DNA of 64,000 bases from Blasia pusilla (Eukaryota), in the NCBI GenBank assembly GCA_050084515.1, contig CM114271.1, forward strand, positions 24,490,001 through 24,554,000, given 5' to 3'. Each line of letters opens with the position of its first letter. The stretch's first letter is position 1. The notes beneath the pieces were generated by a model. The model saw only the letters and a list, made by a program, of their open reading frames with translations, was not told the origin of the DNA and did not search any database. The translations under genes were made by a program, and so were the position numbers. Below are positions 1 to 14,193 of the stretch, one piece after another.

Positions 1-1130
1 AAAATATGGCAATCATACTGCTGCTCACCAGCGTGGTTGTGAGCCTAATGTAGTCACTTACAACACCCTCATAGATCTTTACTCTAAAGCGAGCAAACCG
101 AGGAACTTAGCATGGAAATCTTGATGGCTTACAAGCTAGCGCTTACGGTATCCCGGACTCGGATACTTTCATCACAATGATGGAAACTCTCAGTGAAAAG
201 CCGGGCAAGTACAAGAAGTTGAGAATATGTTCGGAAGATGAAGGAAGTGGGCATGATGTCGAGGGCTTCCAAAGATACAATATCTTGATTGATATGTGGG
301 GCAAAGCGAGGTAACATTGAGAAGCTAAGTTTACGGCACAAGGACTTATTAGATTAGGTTAACCCTGGATCACGTCACTCTTAGAAGCATGATATCTACT
401 TATTTAAGAGTGCATATGTATGATGTTGTGAAAAAAGCTTGATCATTGATACTATGTCCACATTGGGCATCATGATTGACTCTAGCATGAGTGCAATACT
501 CCTTCAACATTGCTCGGGGCTAGAACACCAGGAACATGTGGATGGTCTGCTGAGTGTGCTAGCAAACACGAGACACCCGCTTATGCCTTTGTAATCATCG
601 ATTGGATCTCAAGTGAGGACATCACAACATATTATGAACGCTTCTTTGATTCTTTGCCATCGAAGAGAAGGATGGTAAATTAATTTTCCTTGATGCTTTG
701 ATCATGTTCCTCCACAATCTCGGCCGCAAAGTGGAAGCAGGGTGTGTGTCTGGGACTATCTTTGTTAGCCATGACTTCTTTCCTCAAGTCGTTACCATAC
801 AAACTACACCTAGTCATTGGTTTATGGACTTTCATACCATGTTAGTTGGGAGAGCATTAGTTGCCCTCACAAGGACGTTAGCCACATTTAGGGATGCTAT
901 GATTACGAACTAACTCGGATCAGGTCTTTATTATTCTTGTTTGGGGGGCAAAGGAAGTGGTGCTGGATGTTCAGATCAAACAAGTGTCAAGAGAAGTTGT
1001 ATGCCCTCCGATCTCCTTTCTATGTGAGTGGGATGAACTTGGGTTGCTTTTTTTTTTGCGAAGGGGAACCTTTTCTTGATTGGGTGCAGCGACTTACTCT
1101 GGACTAAGCTACCACTATGGATACAAGTTA
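1..1130 (+). pseudogene. Decayed PPR-SMR protein gene fragment (At1g18900/At1g74750-like), 5' end outside window
   Basis: PPR motif HQRGCEPNVVTYNTLIDLYSKA near 26-91. Smr-domain segments HWFMDFHTMLVGRALVALTRTLATFRDAM (ORF 698-913) and LRSPFYVSGMNLGCF..GEPFLDWVQR (~1006-1092). Multiple stops and frameshifts. Confidence 0.75.
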
Positions 1131-3112
1131 ATGCTACTCCTTGGGTCATCAAGTGACGCTTGAAAAATCATCTTATTTACGTGCTACAAAGTTCACTTTC
1201 CAGACTTGTGAGTGTATCTTCGATCATCTCTCGGTTTGGATTTCCTCATCTCTGTATATATTTTTGAGGGACCAAGTTTTGTCTACCTTTGATTGTGTCC
1301 ACTTCTTTCATGTCCGGTGTGCAAAATAAATTCCCTAGAGTTTATCGATACTACCTTGGAGTGATATTTTCTTATGGAAGATAGACCATCCGTTAAAATA
1401 GTTGTCCTCCTTTCTTAACTGGATGATCTACCTTCCATAAGCAAAGTACTCATGCTACTCGGCGTTTTGGTTTCAAAGCACATATGCTAAATTTCGAGAG
1501 AAGGATATATGGGCAAGTATTCAAGAGAATATTTCTCACCCTCGAAGCTTCAAATTATCTCAGTATATCCTCTTTTAGAGCCTTTTGAAAAGTTCTGCAG
1601 TGAAAGAAGCTTTACATGTTCTTTGACACTCACCAACCATAAAAGGTAGAATCGAGTTTGACTTGAACAACTCGTGTTAGCCAGATTTTTACCTAGCCTA
1701 ATTAGATACTTTCCATACAGCGTAAAAGAAAGAAACTTTCAATTTTAATGAATTTCGTGTCCTTGTTCAGAATTAGAAATGCAATGGACATCCGATTCAA
1801 GATCGTATTCTTCTGAATCGATGCTTATCATAGTTGTCTTTGCACCAACATTGTTGGTGTATGCACACCTTTGGATGTGGAAAGATGTTGGGGTATCTAT
1901 TTGGAAGCTCAAATATGTTGGAGGTTTGTTGAAAAGCAAGCACATGATGGCATGTTAGGAGACGGATCTCGAAGGAAAATTCATTACCAATCAAGTCTAA
2001 GAATATGTTGAGACTCTGGAACTTTCAACATAGTATTGAACCCATATGGTTGTGGGCCATGTGTTTCCACTCTCTGGGCATGTTGGAGGCACAGGCGGCT
2101 TTGTACAGGCATCTGTGACTACCCAATGTCTATTACCAGGGGAGAAATTTGTAGGAGCTCGAGATTAATTTTACGACATTGTGCATGAGGAGTGATTGTG
2201 AAACTTGTTCAGAGTAACTCATGTGGCGGCGGATGAAGTGAGGTGGTGGATTTGTTAAAACTTTAACAAGCGGTAATCCCTCACGAATGTTTTAATGTGA
2301 AACAAAGCATGGTGGTGAAGATACTTAAATTGATCTCAACGCCAACGACTTCTTGTGACTTGGGATTGACTTCGAATGGATTCGTGTTGTAATGCACGAT
2401 TCTACCTACGAGGGATGGGTGCAAGATTTGTGAGAAGGATATCAGGAATCGGAGAAAATCAAGAAAAGCGGGTCGGAAATTTCCAAACGAACTACGACAT
2501 GATTCGATTGGAAAGAGAGAAAGGCAAAAACTCCCAAGATCTACAAAACTCAAAGCGAGAACACTTCAGTTACCGAGAACCGAACACATCAATCGGATTC
2601 AATTAGAACGGAGACGGCTTTGAGATACACAAATATCTACAATTTCAGATTACCTAAAACGGGAGATGTCAAATGCGATTAGGAGAGAGAACAATACGTA
2701 ATCGATGATTACACACATAAGTGAAGACTTCAAGAGGTTGCGTAGAAACCTTGCAATTTCGATTCAATTACAGGCACAAGAGAGAAAATACTATCAGAAA
2801 AATTGACGACTATCGACCTCTCAAACAACTCAACAACATGCGGACGATAGACGACTTTCCAAGTTCCCTTAAAATATTACAATTTGAAGTCAACCACGAG
2901 AGGGAACAGATGTGTGATTGAAGCATGTCGAGAAATCTGTCACTTCGCATTAGTGAGTTACCTTCAAATTCGAGGAAGGAGAGATAGAGTAATGAACAAA
3001 GATAAAGGCAACTTACGGTTTCCAATCCCAAGGAATCAAGAGGAAGAGTGGAAGATCGATGGGGAGAGTGGAGTGAAGGCGAGAGATCGATGGGAGAGGT
3101 GGGTCTTTGGAG

Positions 3113-3296
<184 letters not shown>

Positions 3297-3979
3297 ACTC
3301 ACATGGTCTTCAGTATCAACAATGTGTATCAGGTTTCAACAATGCCGTGTTTGCACTAGAGTTAGCACCCCTGTATCCGAGCCTTCCTTCGTCCAAAAAA
3401 TATTACCAATCTCCCAAAAACGCACCATATCATACTTTCTCCTAAACGAAGCCTCCTTCCCCCTCGCATTGCCTGCCTCATCATCTTTCAACTTCCTTCC
3501 CTCAATCGTCTCGCCCCTTTGTTAGTAGGGTGCGGGGAGCTTACAACGCTGGATATGCAAAGCCTTCAAAACCGAATCGCATCGTGACCAAAAACAGAGC
3601 CAAAGCCTAGGTCCTTGCCACCGCACACTCAACATGTCAAATAAGCCTACAACCACTTGATTGCCACATTGGCATAGAAAAAAATGTGATACTCTAGGTG
3701 CCCATTCACATGGTGCTAAATTGTTGTCCATTCTTTTAGCATCCATAAAAATTTGGTGGAGAGATGACCTAAAAATGTTGACCACATTGAGTTGGTTATA
3801 ATTCCAAGTAGTAAATACCTACCCGTTTGCTTTGCTACATTAAGCATATGAAAAAAAAAATTACACAAAATCCAAACATGCGCATGCCCATGATATAAGT
3901 AAGAAGGCCCAAATAAGTCTTGATGATTAGAGGGGTGGAGGTCACATCGTCAGCAAAAACCCTGCAAGAAATCTCACTC

Positions 3980-5565
3980 GAGAAAAATGGAAGGAGCACT
4001 AGGAACATTACTTGTAAGTTACTCCTCTTCCACTTTCTTGTTCATTTGATGTTCCTTATCCTCCAAAACAAGCCCATAAATCATGAAACTTGATCACACC
4101 ATGCCCTTCACGTTAGGACCCCAGGGGGAAAAAAAATAAAACCCCAAATGCTTCTTGGGGTTTGGGAGTTAAAAATCAAAAACCCTTAGCTCAGGTCTTC
4201 ATTTTTTAATGCAGCATGGAGAATTCTATATAAGATCTACATCGTCCAAGTTCAAGAGGGGCATGACCATCCACAAATTTCCAGGTTTAAGCTCCATCCA
4301 ACGGTGGCATCAAATGATGAGTGGCAAAAAAGGTGAAAAATGGAAGGAGGACTAGGAAAAAGACTTGTAAGTCACTCCTCTTCCACTTTCTCCTTCATTT
4401 GATGATCCTTCTCCTCCAAAACAAGCCCATAAATCATGAAACTTGATCATACCATGCCCTTCATGGTCAGGGCCCCAAGGAAAAAAATAAAACCCCCTCA
4501 ACCAAGAGTCAAAAAAAAAAGAAACGGTTCCTAGATAGCCATCCCAACCCCACGAACACAGGGAAGAAGAAAAAACTTCAAATGATCACTCACACATTGA
4601 ATAAAAAATCGTAATCCCTAAATAAGGACTTTGATTTTTGGTACTAGCATAGAGGGCTATGGGATAGATCCGAACCGTTGCAATTGTGGAGGCATTAAAT
4701 AACAAGGCATGTGCCAACTTTCAAGACCATCCAATGGTTGGAAGAAGAGTCAACACCATAATAACATGAAATTGCAACAAGGATTCGAAACAATCCTACT
4801 TAATGCCCTCTTCCCCCATCATGACAGTTCTTTTTCGACCCTTGCCCCTCAACGAGGGTTCCAAAAACCAAGGAAATTTTCCTACACCTAAATCCCAACC
4901 CCATGAACACAAGGCAAAAGAAAAAACTTCAAATGACCACTCACACATTGAATTAAAAATCGTAAACCCTAAATAAGGACTTTGATTTTTGGTACTAGAA
5001 TGGAAGTTTAAGGGACAGATCTGAACCGTTGAGCGTGTGGAAGAATTTAATGGAAAGGCTTGTGCCAAGTTTCACCACCATCCAATGGTTGGAAGAAGAG
5101 TAAACACTATAATAACATGAAATTGCAACAATGACTTGAGACAATTCTACTCAATGCCATCATCCACTTGCATGACACCTCTTTCTACCCTCCCCTCAAC
5201 CAGAGTCGAAAAAAAAAAACAAGAAAAGGTTCCTAGATAGCCACCCCAACCCCACGAACACAGGGAAGAAGAAAAAACTTCAAATGATCACTCACACATT
5301 GAATAAAAAATCGTAATCCCTAAATAAGGACTTTGATTTTTGGTACTAGCATAGAGGGCTATGGGATAGATCCGAACCGTTGCAATTGTGGAGGCATTAA
5401 ATAACAAGGCATGTGCCAACTTTCAAGACCATCCAATGGTTGGAAGAAGAGTCAACACCATAATAACATGAAATTGCAACAAAGATTCGAAACAATCCTA
5501 CTTAATGCCCTCCTCCCCCATCATGACACCTCTTTTCGACCCTCCCACCTCAACGAGGGGTCGAA
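3980..5565. repeat. Tandem ~350-bp repeats, probably internal to a CACTA element
   Basis: ~3985-4150 resembles ~4340-4500. ~4495-4860 is nearly identical to ~5195-5560 (near-identical ORFs at 4709 and 5411, 702 bp apart), with a diverged copy between them. Confidence 0.85.
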
Positions 5566-5689
5566 TGAGAGAATTAATGCAAAGTCTTGTGCTTACTTTT
5601 ATCACCATCTTATGGTTGGATGAAAATATATCTCCATGTTAACATGAAAATGACACAAGGACTCTGAATAATCCTACTCAAAATGGGAG

Positions 5690-5925
5690 CATGAAATCAT
5701 TTAAACATATGAGTCGTTCTTTATGACTCATCTTTACTAGGCGAGTGAAACAAGTCCGACTGCCGTGACTAGTGGGTATTGAAAACTTCTTTAGTCATAA
5801 GGAGATGACTCAATGAGTTGTACGACCCTAAATTTTATGACTAAACCATTTAAGTACTAATTTGAGTCATTCTTTTGGTGAGTCATTTAAAGTCTAGTCA
5901 TAAAAACCACCCATTTCTTCTAGTG
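5690..5925 (+). mobile_element. CACTA (EnSpm) transposon terminus with subterminal repeats
   Basis: Ends ccatttcttcTAGTG at 5925 (reverse complement CACTAgaagaaatgg). It is preceded by many direct and inverted (t)tatgact / agtcat(aa) motifs. The partner terminus was not found. Confidence 0.7.
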
Positions 5926-6859
5926 TTCCTGCTTGTGAATATAAAGGTGAATCAAGAAAGGAGATAGGAAGGACTTCGTGCTTGGATGAAGCACGTCCAC
6001 CATTCCTCGTACGTGCACGTCCACAAAAGCAGCAAAGTCGACTCCTGGGGCTTTGGGGTCAAGGTGTTGATTCCAGATGATGTAGCACATCTTCAAGATC
6101 TTGTTCGTCAAATAGTAAGAACGAGCGGGATAAAACAGGGTCATCAGATGTTTGCAAAACTGACCAAAGAAGGGCGGAGAGAGTGACGAAGCCTTGTAGC
6201 CGTTCCTGCCTTAGGCGCTCAGACGTGACACAACCGAGTGCTAAAAGATCTTCATGTTTGACGAGCAACTCCGTGTCATACTCGTACTCTGGCGCAGCCG
6301 GGAGCAGATAAGTTGCTCTCCATTCGTCCGCCGTCCAGTGTTGGGGCTGAGCTCGATACCGAAGACCCTTCTTTCGAAATTTGGCGACTGCAAACGCCGA
6401 GCGAAGCTCGCCCAGGAGTTCTCCGGATGTTAGAGTCCATTTGGCTTGAAAGAAAGTTGCCAACGATCGCTCCTCCTGCGCTTCGATCACTCGGTGATGA
6501 CTTGACCGTCGGCATCGCCGCGCATGAGAATGGGTGTGGCGTCTTCGCGAGGCATGTTGCTAGGTCGATCTCGATGGACACCGCGCTTTGGCTCGCTCAC
6601 GCAACCGTGGTGATCCCATCCATGAAAATACCGCTGGGTACGCCAGATCGCTCTTATAGTCCGCTCCCCTTGTCCGTTCTTGGTCGGGCGCGTGGTCAGT
6701 AACAAGAAAGTGGCGCGCCAGCGGCCGCCACGCTTCCCCTTCCTATCTTCTGCGCTTCGCCGCATTTGCCCGCGAAAGCATGGGTCGTCTGGAACCTCGG
6801 TGCCGCTACTTGAAGCACGGTATATCTTCGTAGCCGTGACTTCGCTGAAGCACGGGCGT

Positions 6860-9800
6860 CGCCTACCCCCTTCCTCATGTTTGTCATCCTCGGTTCGGGC
6901 TCATAATACCGGCGCACATGCATTCCATTGACTCGCGTGGGCAGGGATTCTCCCTGTAAGGTTTCTAATTGGAGGGATCCATTATCATAGATGGCCAATA
7001 CCCGGTAGGGTCCCATCCAATTTAATTTTAATTTTCTAGGGAACTTTAGTCGCCGGTTATCATACAATAGCACTAAGTCGCCAACATTGATAGATTGTGG
7101 CCGGAGATGTCGATCGTAACGTTTCTTACGTTCTTTTTGCACTTGGGCTGTCCGTCGTAACGCGAGCATGCGTGCTTCTTCCAACTCCACTAGGGTCTCA
7201 TTCTTGTGTTCGATAACTTTGTCCGCAGCTTCCGTTCTTGTGCCCTCCAATACCCGATAAGTGGGCAACGCCCATTGAATAGGTGTTAAGGGATGTACGC
7301 CATAAGTCAGGAAGAACGGGGTGTATTTTGTCGTCACCTTCTCAAATTGTCGGCGCCCATAATCTTTGGGGCAATTTTTGTGTCCCAATCATAGGAATAG
7401 GTTACCGTTAATCGATTCAATATTCGGCAAATGAGGCCATTCGATTTTTCCGTCAACCCGTTGGCTTTAGGGTTGTAGGGAGTGGTTTTTCGATGCTTAA
7501 TGAGAAAGTGGGAAGTGAGAGACTCAATAGTCTGGTTCAGGAAGTGCGTGCCCCGGTCACTTACTAGTTCCAACGGACAGCCATAACGCATGATAATCAT
7601 TGTATAAAAACTTAGCCATCTGTTGTTGTTTTGTCATCTTTCGTGGCTCTTTGCTTCAACCATCTTAGTACAATAGTCCGTGGGCGATAAGAATATACTT
7701 CCGCCGGGTTTGGCGAGTGGCCGGGGAGATAGGGCCTACGAAGTCAATGCCCCATTTTTCAAAAGGAGCTAGGGGCATGATGGGGACCAAAGGCCACCGC
7801 GTAGTCGCTGTGGGTCGACCTGCTCTTTGGCAGGCATCACAACTCCGAATTACCTACGTCTTTGTACATAGTCGGCCACCAATATCGTGCGGCCAAAATT
7901 TTCTTCACGGTATTTTTTACCGCATAGTGTCCACCGGAATCAGCCATATGCAGAGCTCTTATGACCTGGGGAACCTCTTCAACTTCCAAGCATCTTCGAT
8001 GCTCTTCATCAGCACCTAATTTGAATAAGACCGCCTATCCGATGTAAAAAAACCGCGCGTTCTTCCGTTGTCATCGGGGCAGGAAGTCGCAGAGTCATTA
8101 AAAACCGCAGAATATCCTCATAAAACGATTGGCTCAACCGTTCCTCTGTTATCTGGAACAGATCTTCATCGGGAAAGGTATCATCGATAGATTGGGTGAG
8201 GTCCACGTTTGTCATCCTCAACCGGGAAAGAAAATCGGCATTGGTATGCACCTTGCCGGCACGGGTCACCACATCGAATGTGAATTCTTGTAGCAACAAG
8301 ATCCACCGTGCAATGCGTCCTGACAGGTCGGCTTTCACCATTAAGGGTCTGAGTGCAAAATGATCCACATGAAAGACAAATTCGTACCCTAATAAATAGT
8401 GTCGGAACTTTTTACACGAGAAGACCATGCCTAACGCCTCTCGTTCGGTGGTTGTATATTTATGCTCTGCCGCCGATAATTGTCGGCCGGCGTAGTAAAT
8501 TGGAAAATCATGTTTGTGCTCATCCAATTGGCTGAGCACTACTTTAATGGCAAATGAGGACGTGTCTACATACACGTGGAAGGGTTTGGTCCAATCGGGG
8601 GACCGAAGAACAGGAGCCTTTTGCAATGCGTCTTTTAAGGTGTCGAATGCCACTTGGCACGCTGGTGTCCACTCCCATTCGGTGGTCTTCTTAAGTAATG
8701 CAGTAAGAGCGCCTGCTTTTACCGCGTAATCTTTAATGAACCGTCGATAATACCCGACATATCCCAAGAATCCTCTCAATTCCCGGAGATTAGTGGGTGG
8801 TTCCAATGCGACGATAATATCCACCTTGGCCTTGTCAACCTCAATTCCTTGCGTCGACACTCGGTGTCCCAGCAGAATTCCTTGTTTCATAGCGATATAG
8901 GATTTGTCCGGATGAAGGGACAAATGCACTTCGCGACAGCGTGCGAGTGTTAACTCTAACTTTTCAAGATGCTCGGCCTCCGTGCTAAAGATACAAAAAT
9001 TGTCTAAAAAGATTCCGATGAACTTCCGAAGATACTCCTGGAAGATGGAGATCATCATCCATTGGAAAGTAGCTGGGGCATTGCACAACCCAAAAGGCAT
9101 GCATTACGCGATATGCGAAAGTTCCCCAGTCCGTCGTGAACGTTGTGAGGGGACGATCCTTTTCTCTTATGGATACCTGGTTGTACCCCGAATACGCGTC
9201 CAAAAAGGTCTAACGCTTGTGCCCGGCCACTTTATCCAAAATACTGTCGGTGAAAGGTAGAGGATGGTGGTCTTTTAAGGTGGCCGCATTTAATTTCCGA
9301 TAGTCCTAGCACACTCGGATTTTGCCAGTTTGTTTTTTAGGCACAATTACGATGGGCGACACCCACTCGCTGCTTGACACCGGATAGATTATTCCTGCCT
9401 CGAGACGCTGATCAATCTCGTCCTTGACTAACAATGAGTACTTTGGGTTCAGTCGATATTGTCGCATTCGCACCGGGACCGCGCCTTCTTTAAGATCAAT
9501 TCGGTGTTCACCATATTGTGCGGGAATGCCTCTCATTTCATCCATAGAGTATGCAAAGACATCCAAATACTCAAACAGTAGTCTTTTATATTTTATAAGT
9601 GTGGTAGGAGACAAATCGGCCAAAAGGCGTAGAGATTTTTGATCTGCAATATTGACCTGGACATAGTCCTGCTCCTGAACCATGTTTTCGGTAAACTGGA
9701 AGGTGCTATGACCTAGCTTCTCTTCCTCTCGAGTCGACCTTGGCTTGGAGGGTACTGCCTCCTCATCTATTTCATAACATTCTAAATAATATACATTGGA

Positions 9801-10330
9801 CGAGGACTCAATAGCGGTGGTGTTGTCTTGATCTGACGTATAGCCATCGTCAGTCGGTGGCGTCTCTCCTTGGGGTGGTCGAGATTTCCACGACAACTTG
9901 ATGAGCCGCTTCGAGTCTTGATTTGGTGCCTGGAACGTGAACCATCGCCTTTTCCAATCTGTAGTCACTCTCGCGCCATACAGCCAGGGTCTTCCGATGA
10001 GCAAAGGATAGCCCGTCGCGGTCAGGGGCTGTAAGACTAAGTAGTCCAACATAAACAACACCCCCCCGAGCATGGTCTGAATTTGCGTGAGCTGTCCGAG
10101 GGGTCTCTTCCGGGATTGATCCGCAAACCGCAAGTTCTTGTCTGTGGGCTCGTACACCGTGTACCCTAGGGCCCGAGCTGTTTGCTCCGTCATAATATTG
10201 ATTCCGCTTCCGGAATCAATGGGGACCTTCTTAATAGTATGGCCCTCAATCTCCACCTCCACTTTGGGGGCTCCTAAGTCATGGACTTCGATACGGAATA
10301 GGTCCACCACGTGCACCGGCAGCTGCTTCG
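6860..10330 (-). pseudogene. pol of element A (PR-RT-RH-INT), frameshifted
   Basis: ORFs 9306-10316, 8985-9203, 8009-9100, 7334-7600 and 6696-7388 carry consecutive pol domains. Confidence 0.9.
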
Positions 10331-10364
10331 CTGCCTTCCTGGGTCTTTTGCGGCTGATTTTCCA

Positions 10365-12300
10365 CTACTGCAAGATTTTTCCGTATACTGGGTTATCCAT
10401 TAGCAACTGCAGCAGGGTTATGTTGGCCGGGGTTGACGCCAAGTCCCTCAGTAAATCGTACGCTTCTAGGACCAGTGGTGATGTCGCCATGGCTTGGAGT
10501 GTCGTACTTGGGTTGGCCTTTGCCTTTTCTGGGGTCTGTTTCCCCTCTGGTTCCTGGGTCTCCCGCACTTGAGCACGGACCTGGTCCTCCACATCCTGAT
10601 GGAAGTATTTCGGATGACTTCGGTCAAAGGCCGGGTCCACATTGCCTTTGAGGATGGCCTTTCCGGCCCGTAAGGTGCTCACCGCTTTGTTCTTGGGCTC
10701 CCGAGCTTCGCGCGAAGACGAAGCACCCTTCTTTACCTTTGGGGTCCCTGCGGTTTGACTCTTTGATCTCGTGGTGACCGCCAACACTTTTTCTTGAAAT
10801 TCTTTGGGCCAGTCTGATGGTTTTTTTATTTGGCCCCTTGGGTCGAGTCTTCCTCGCTGATGGTGACTCGCTTTGGTCTCGGGGACACTACTTCTTCCAC
10901 CCGGACCAGTTGTACATTTACATCGTTCTTGGGCTCTGGTTGAGCTGGAGTATTTACATACCGACCAACAAACGTGGGACCTTAGGCTCGGGCATTCCAC
11001 GGCAGTGTGCCCGCCCTTCTTGCAGTTCCCGCATAAGGGATTGAGTCCCACTGGTCGCTTCGGGTTTGGGCAATTATTGGCCCAATGGTCTGCTGCGCCA
11101 CAGTTATAACAACAATTTCTCTTGATGGGTGGCGTGAAGGCCGCCGCACCCATAATCTGTCTCAGGGGTCTCTGTTCCCCATATTCCGGGGATACATACC
11201 ACGTGATCCAGCTTCTTCCAGGGTTTGGGGGTGGCACCGCTTGCACGGCATAGCACCCTTTCCACTGTTCTGGTTCATACCATCCTTCTTCAATAGGGGC
11301 CTCTTCGTGGACCCACCGTAGATCCCGCTGAGCAGGGCATTCTTGTATAGTATGCCCCTGGGTTCCACAACTACTACACCAAACGTTGGGCCTCATCAGC
11401 CCGGGTCGTCTTCTGGGGTCCTTCTGGGCCGCCAGATGTACCTTCAACTCAGCCATTTGTTTACTGAGTTCCTCCATGGCCGATTTTCCGGCCTTCCTTG
11501 CCGTCCCTCTTACCGGACTTTCCGACCGCTGAGGACGACGCTTGGTTCTTGGTCGGGTTTTAGTCTGGTGCTTGGGGGAGCGATGACGCCTGCTCTTCCC
11601 TTTCCTTTTAGCTTTTACCTCTCTGCCCGAAGTCCGAGGACTCGACGCGTAATCCTCTCAGAGGATTCCGTGTCGATGGAGGACGCCGTCTTCGGACGAA
11701 GCACTAGTCTGCGACGCCCTCTTCGTTGGTGACGCCGTCTTCGTGTTCGGCGGGACTTTTCAAGCTTAAATCGACGCCAGCCAGAGGCTGACCGCCTCCA
11801 GGGAATCCCGTTGACCTCTCCGCAATACCGATCCATTTCTTTGGACAATCCGGACACGAACCAATCTACCAATTGGGAGGTAGTCGTGTGTTCTAGCTTA
11901 TTCACGAGGCTCGAACCGTTGGGTATATTCCCGAGAGTTTCCTTCTTTCTTCGCCAGGTCGAAGCTTTGTAAGAAGCCTTGTCCTCGAACTCCAAGTCGC
12001 GGAACTCATGTAGGAAGGATTCCATGACCCTTTTCCAGTCTCCGTGACCTCTGCTCCAAGACCTTCATACCATCGGGCTTGCTCGCTTCTTGAGCAGGCC
12101 CGGGAAGACTCGTAACAAATCCTCCTCCGCCCCTTCCCGTTGGCTTTTGTGACATGGGTGAATTCAAGAATAAAGTTATCCACATCGTCTCGTCGGCCTC
12201 CAAAGAAAGGTGGGGTACCTTAGCGAGTTTTTCTAGTGTTGGCCATGGGCAGCGCTTGCTCTCCGCGGCTCCGGGCTTGATGCTTGAGAAGGAGGAGGTA
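10365..12300 (-). pseudogene. gag of element A with three zinc knuckles
   Basis: CSSCGTQGHTIQEC, CYNCGAADHWANNC and CGNCKKGGHTAVEC in ORF 10365-11477. Retrotrans_gag-like fragments at 11615-12183. Confidence 0.8.
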
Positions 12301-12999
12301 AAGGTGCCGCCCGAGGTGCTCGATCGGCTCCTCGCCCCGACTCTCCAAAGGGGTCCGGGGCGACTCTTTGTCCGATCGCGAACCGGGCGGGGGGACGAGG
12401 GGAAATTTGTCCCTTTCTTTCTTCTTGGTCTTCGCCAGACGAGGACAAAGACTCGGAGACGAACCCGGGGTCTCAAGCCGGTTCTTGCATTCCGCCGCCA
12501 TCGCCCGATCGGCTCATTGCTCTCGAAGAGGGCCGAGAGCCTTCCATAAGTCTCGTGGGGATTTGGCAACTCTTGATCACCCCACGGTGGCGATAGGATA
12601 AGGGTCCATGGATGGAGGTTAACTCATGATTCTTTTACATCTACTGAGGAGAGTGCCTGGTGCTCCCACGCTTCTCGCCAGTTTTCCTCCCATAGACAAA
12701 AGTACCGGTTTTCACCAAGTACAACTATCGTCCATGGGCGGCACCGTTCGTTCGGCGATCGGTTCTTTGACCATTCTAATTAGTTGGCCTATCTTCTCTA
12801 GCACCAATGCAGCAACTGTATTGTTATCTTCAAGCATACATTGTCTTACAGGGGTCGCTAGAGCTAGCCGATGGTCTTTAGTAAGAATTAGAATGTGGGT
12901 TGTCTAGGAGCGAAGCTTCTTTCTCCGTGCCCTGCTTCCCCATGGATCTTTCTCTCCCTTCTCAGCCAAGGATATGATCCCGACATGGCCAAAAGTCTT

Positions 13000-14193
13000 T
13001 GATTATATGTAATGTCTAAGTGTTTCTTATTTACAGTCAATTGTAGAGTTCAATCCCCAAGAGGATCATTGTTGGATGAAAAGAGAGTATAAAGTGATGA
13101 TTATGTTGTAAAAGTGTAATTGATTATGTAATTCAAATGTAGTATTCCAGTATCAGCTTCCGATCCTTCTTAGTACCTAGGTTTTCTTCTTCAATTCTCT
13201 CAAGTGGAGTTTAAAGGACGCTCAAGCAATTTGTTCTCTCATCATCTCGGAACCTCACAGAGACCTCAAGAATAAACTGGCTTCTCCTACTTTCGGAACT
13301 CAATCCGTCGGGGTAGGTTACTCTCTGTCAAACAGATTTCATACAACTTTATATTGATTATTCCATTGATGAGAAAGGTTCGCCTGATTCACTCTTCACT
13401 CGGCAGACCCAAAAAGAATATTGAGACATAAGCATCGCACATCAGAATGAATGAATGAATGCCTTACTACTCCATCAAGAATTGGAAGACTTCAAAGTAT
13501 CTACAAGCTCGAGAGGGTACAACTCTCTTGCTCAGACCATTCCTACAGCATAAGGACTTCATGAGCGAATGATGCTAATAGCTTCTGTCCTGTTTCTTAA
13601 ATATTCTCGAGAGTAGGATTTTTTCTATGATCCGAAGCGTTCTTGATGAAGTTGGTATCTTTTCAATATATGTAACTACCTAGATCTATGGTTCTCTTAG
13701 CTTTTCCTACGATCCCTATGAATCCGCGGTACAAAACTGTCCTAACTACCAATTTGATACAACGGGTAGCGCCCTTTCCTAGTCTAATTGTTTAAAGTAT
13801 GTGTCGTTTCGAATCTCAATCATGCTGAGCTTCGCTGCGCTAATTTTCCGGAGGACGAAGTGCTTCCTTCTTCTTCGTGCTTCGTGCTTCGTTCTTCGTG
13901 CTTCGTGCTTCGTTCAAGAGCGAAGTACTTCGTATATAGAGCTTTGTTGAGCTTCGTTAAACTTTGTTAAGCTTCGCTGAGCTTCGCGTTGATCCTTTAT
14001 ACTTCTTTACAGCTTTTGATTCTCCTCTAAGGCAAATCCTTGATCTTCATCTCTCTGCCTTGTCTTCGGAGCTTGGTGATTCACTTATTCTTCTTCATAA
14101 TAATAGATAATCATAATCAAAATCATAATATACAAGAGTCTTCGTTGAATAAAAGGATATATTCTTCAAGATTACAAAATTGTGGGTATCACA
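13000..14193 (-). repeat. 5' LTR of element A
   Basis: Homologous to 18185-18930 (shared gagttcaatccccaagaggatcattg and terminal aaaattgtgggtatcaca). A degenerate PBS-like sequence lies at ~12977-12995. Left boundary approximate. Confidence 0.75.

Larger units (their letters stand above)
5926..14193 (-). mobile_element. Ty3/Gypsy non-chromovirus LTR retrotransposon A, 3' end truncated at the CACTA terminus
   Basis: Order on minus strand: LTR, gag with CCHC knuckles, protease (VPIDSGS), RT (WVSPIVIVPKK..MPFGLCNAPATF..FLDNF), RNase H (VYVDTS, TTTEREAL), integrase (SDRGTHF, GPY motif). Confidence 0.9.

Noticed and set aside
1500-2300. Possible CACTA transposase remnant
   Set aside because: Only faint motif resemblances, on conflicting strands; not supportable.
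3354-3366. cactaga as the left CACTA terminus
   Set aside because: Only 7 bp match the TIR, with no matching 3-bp TSD and no subterminal repeats.
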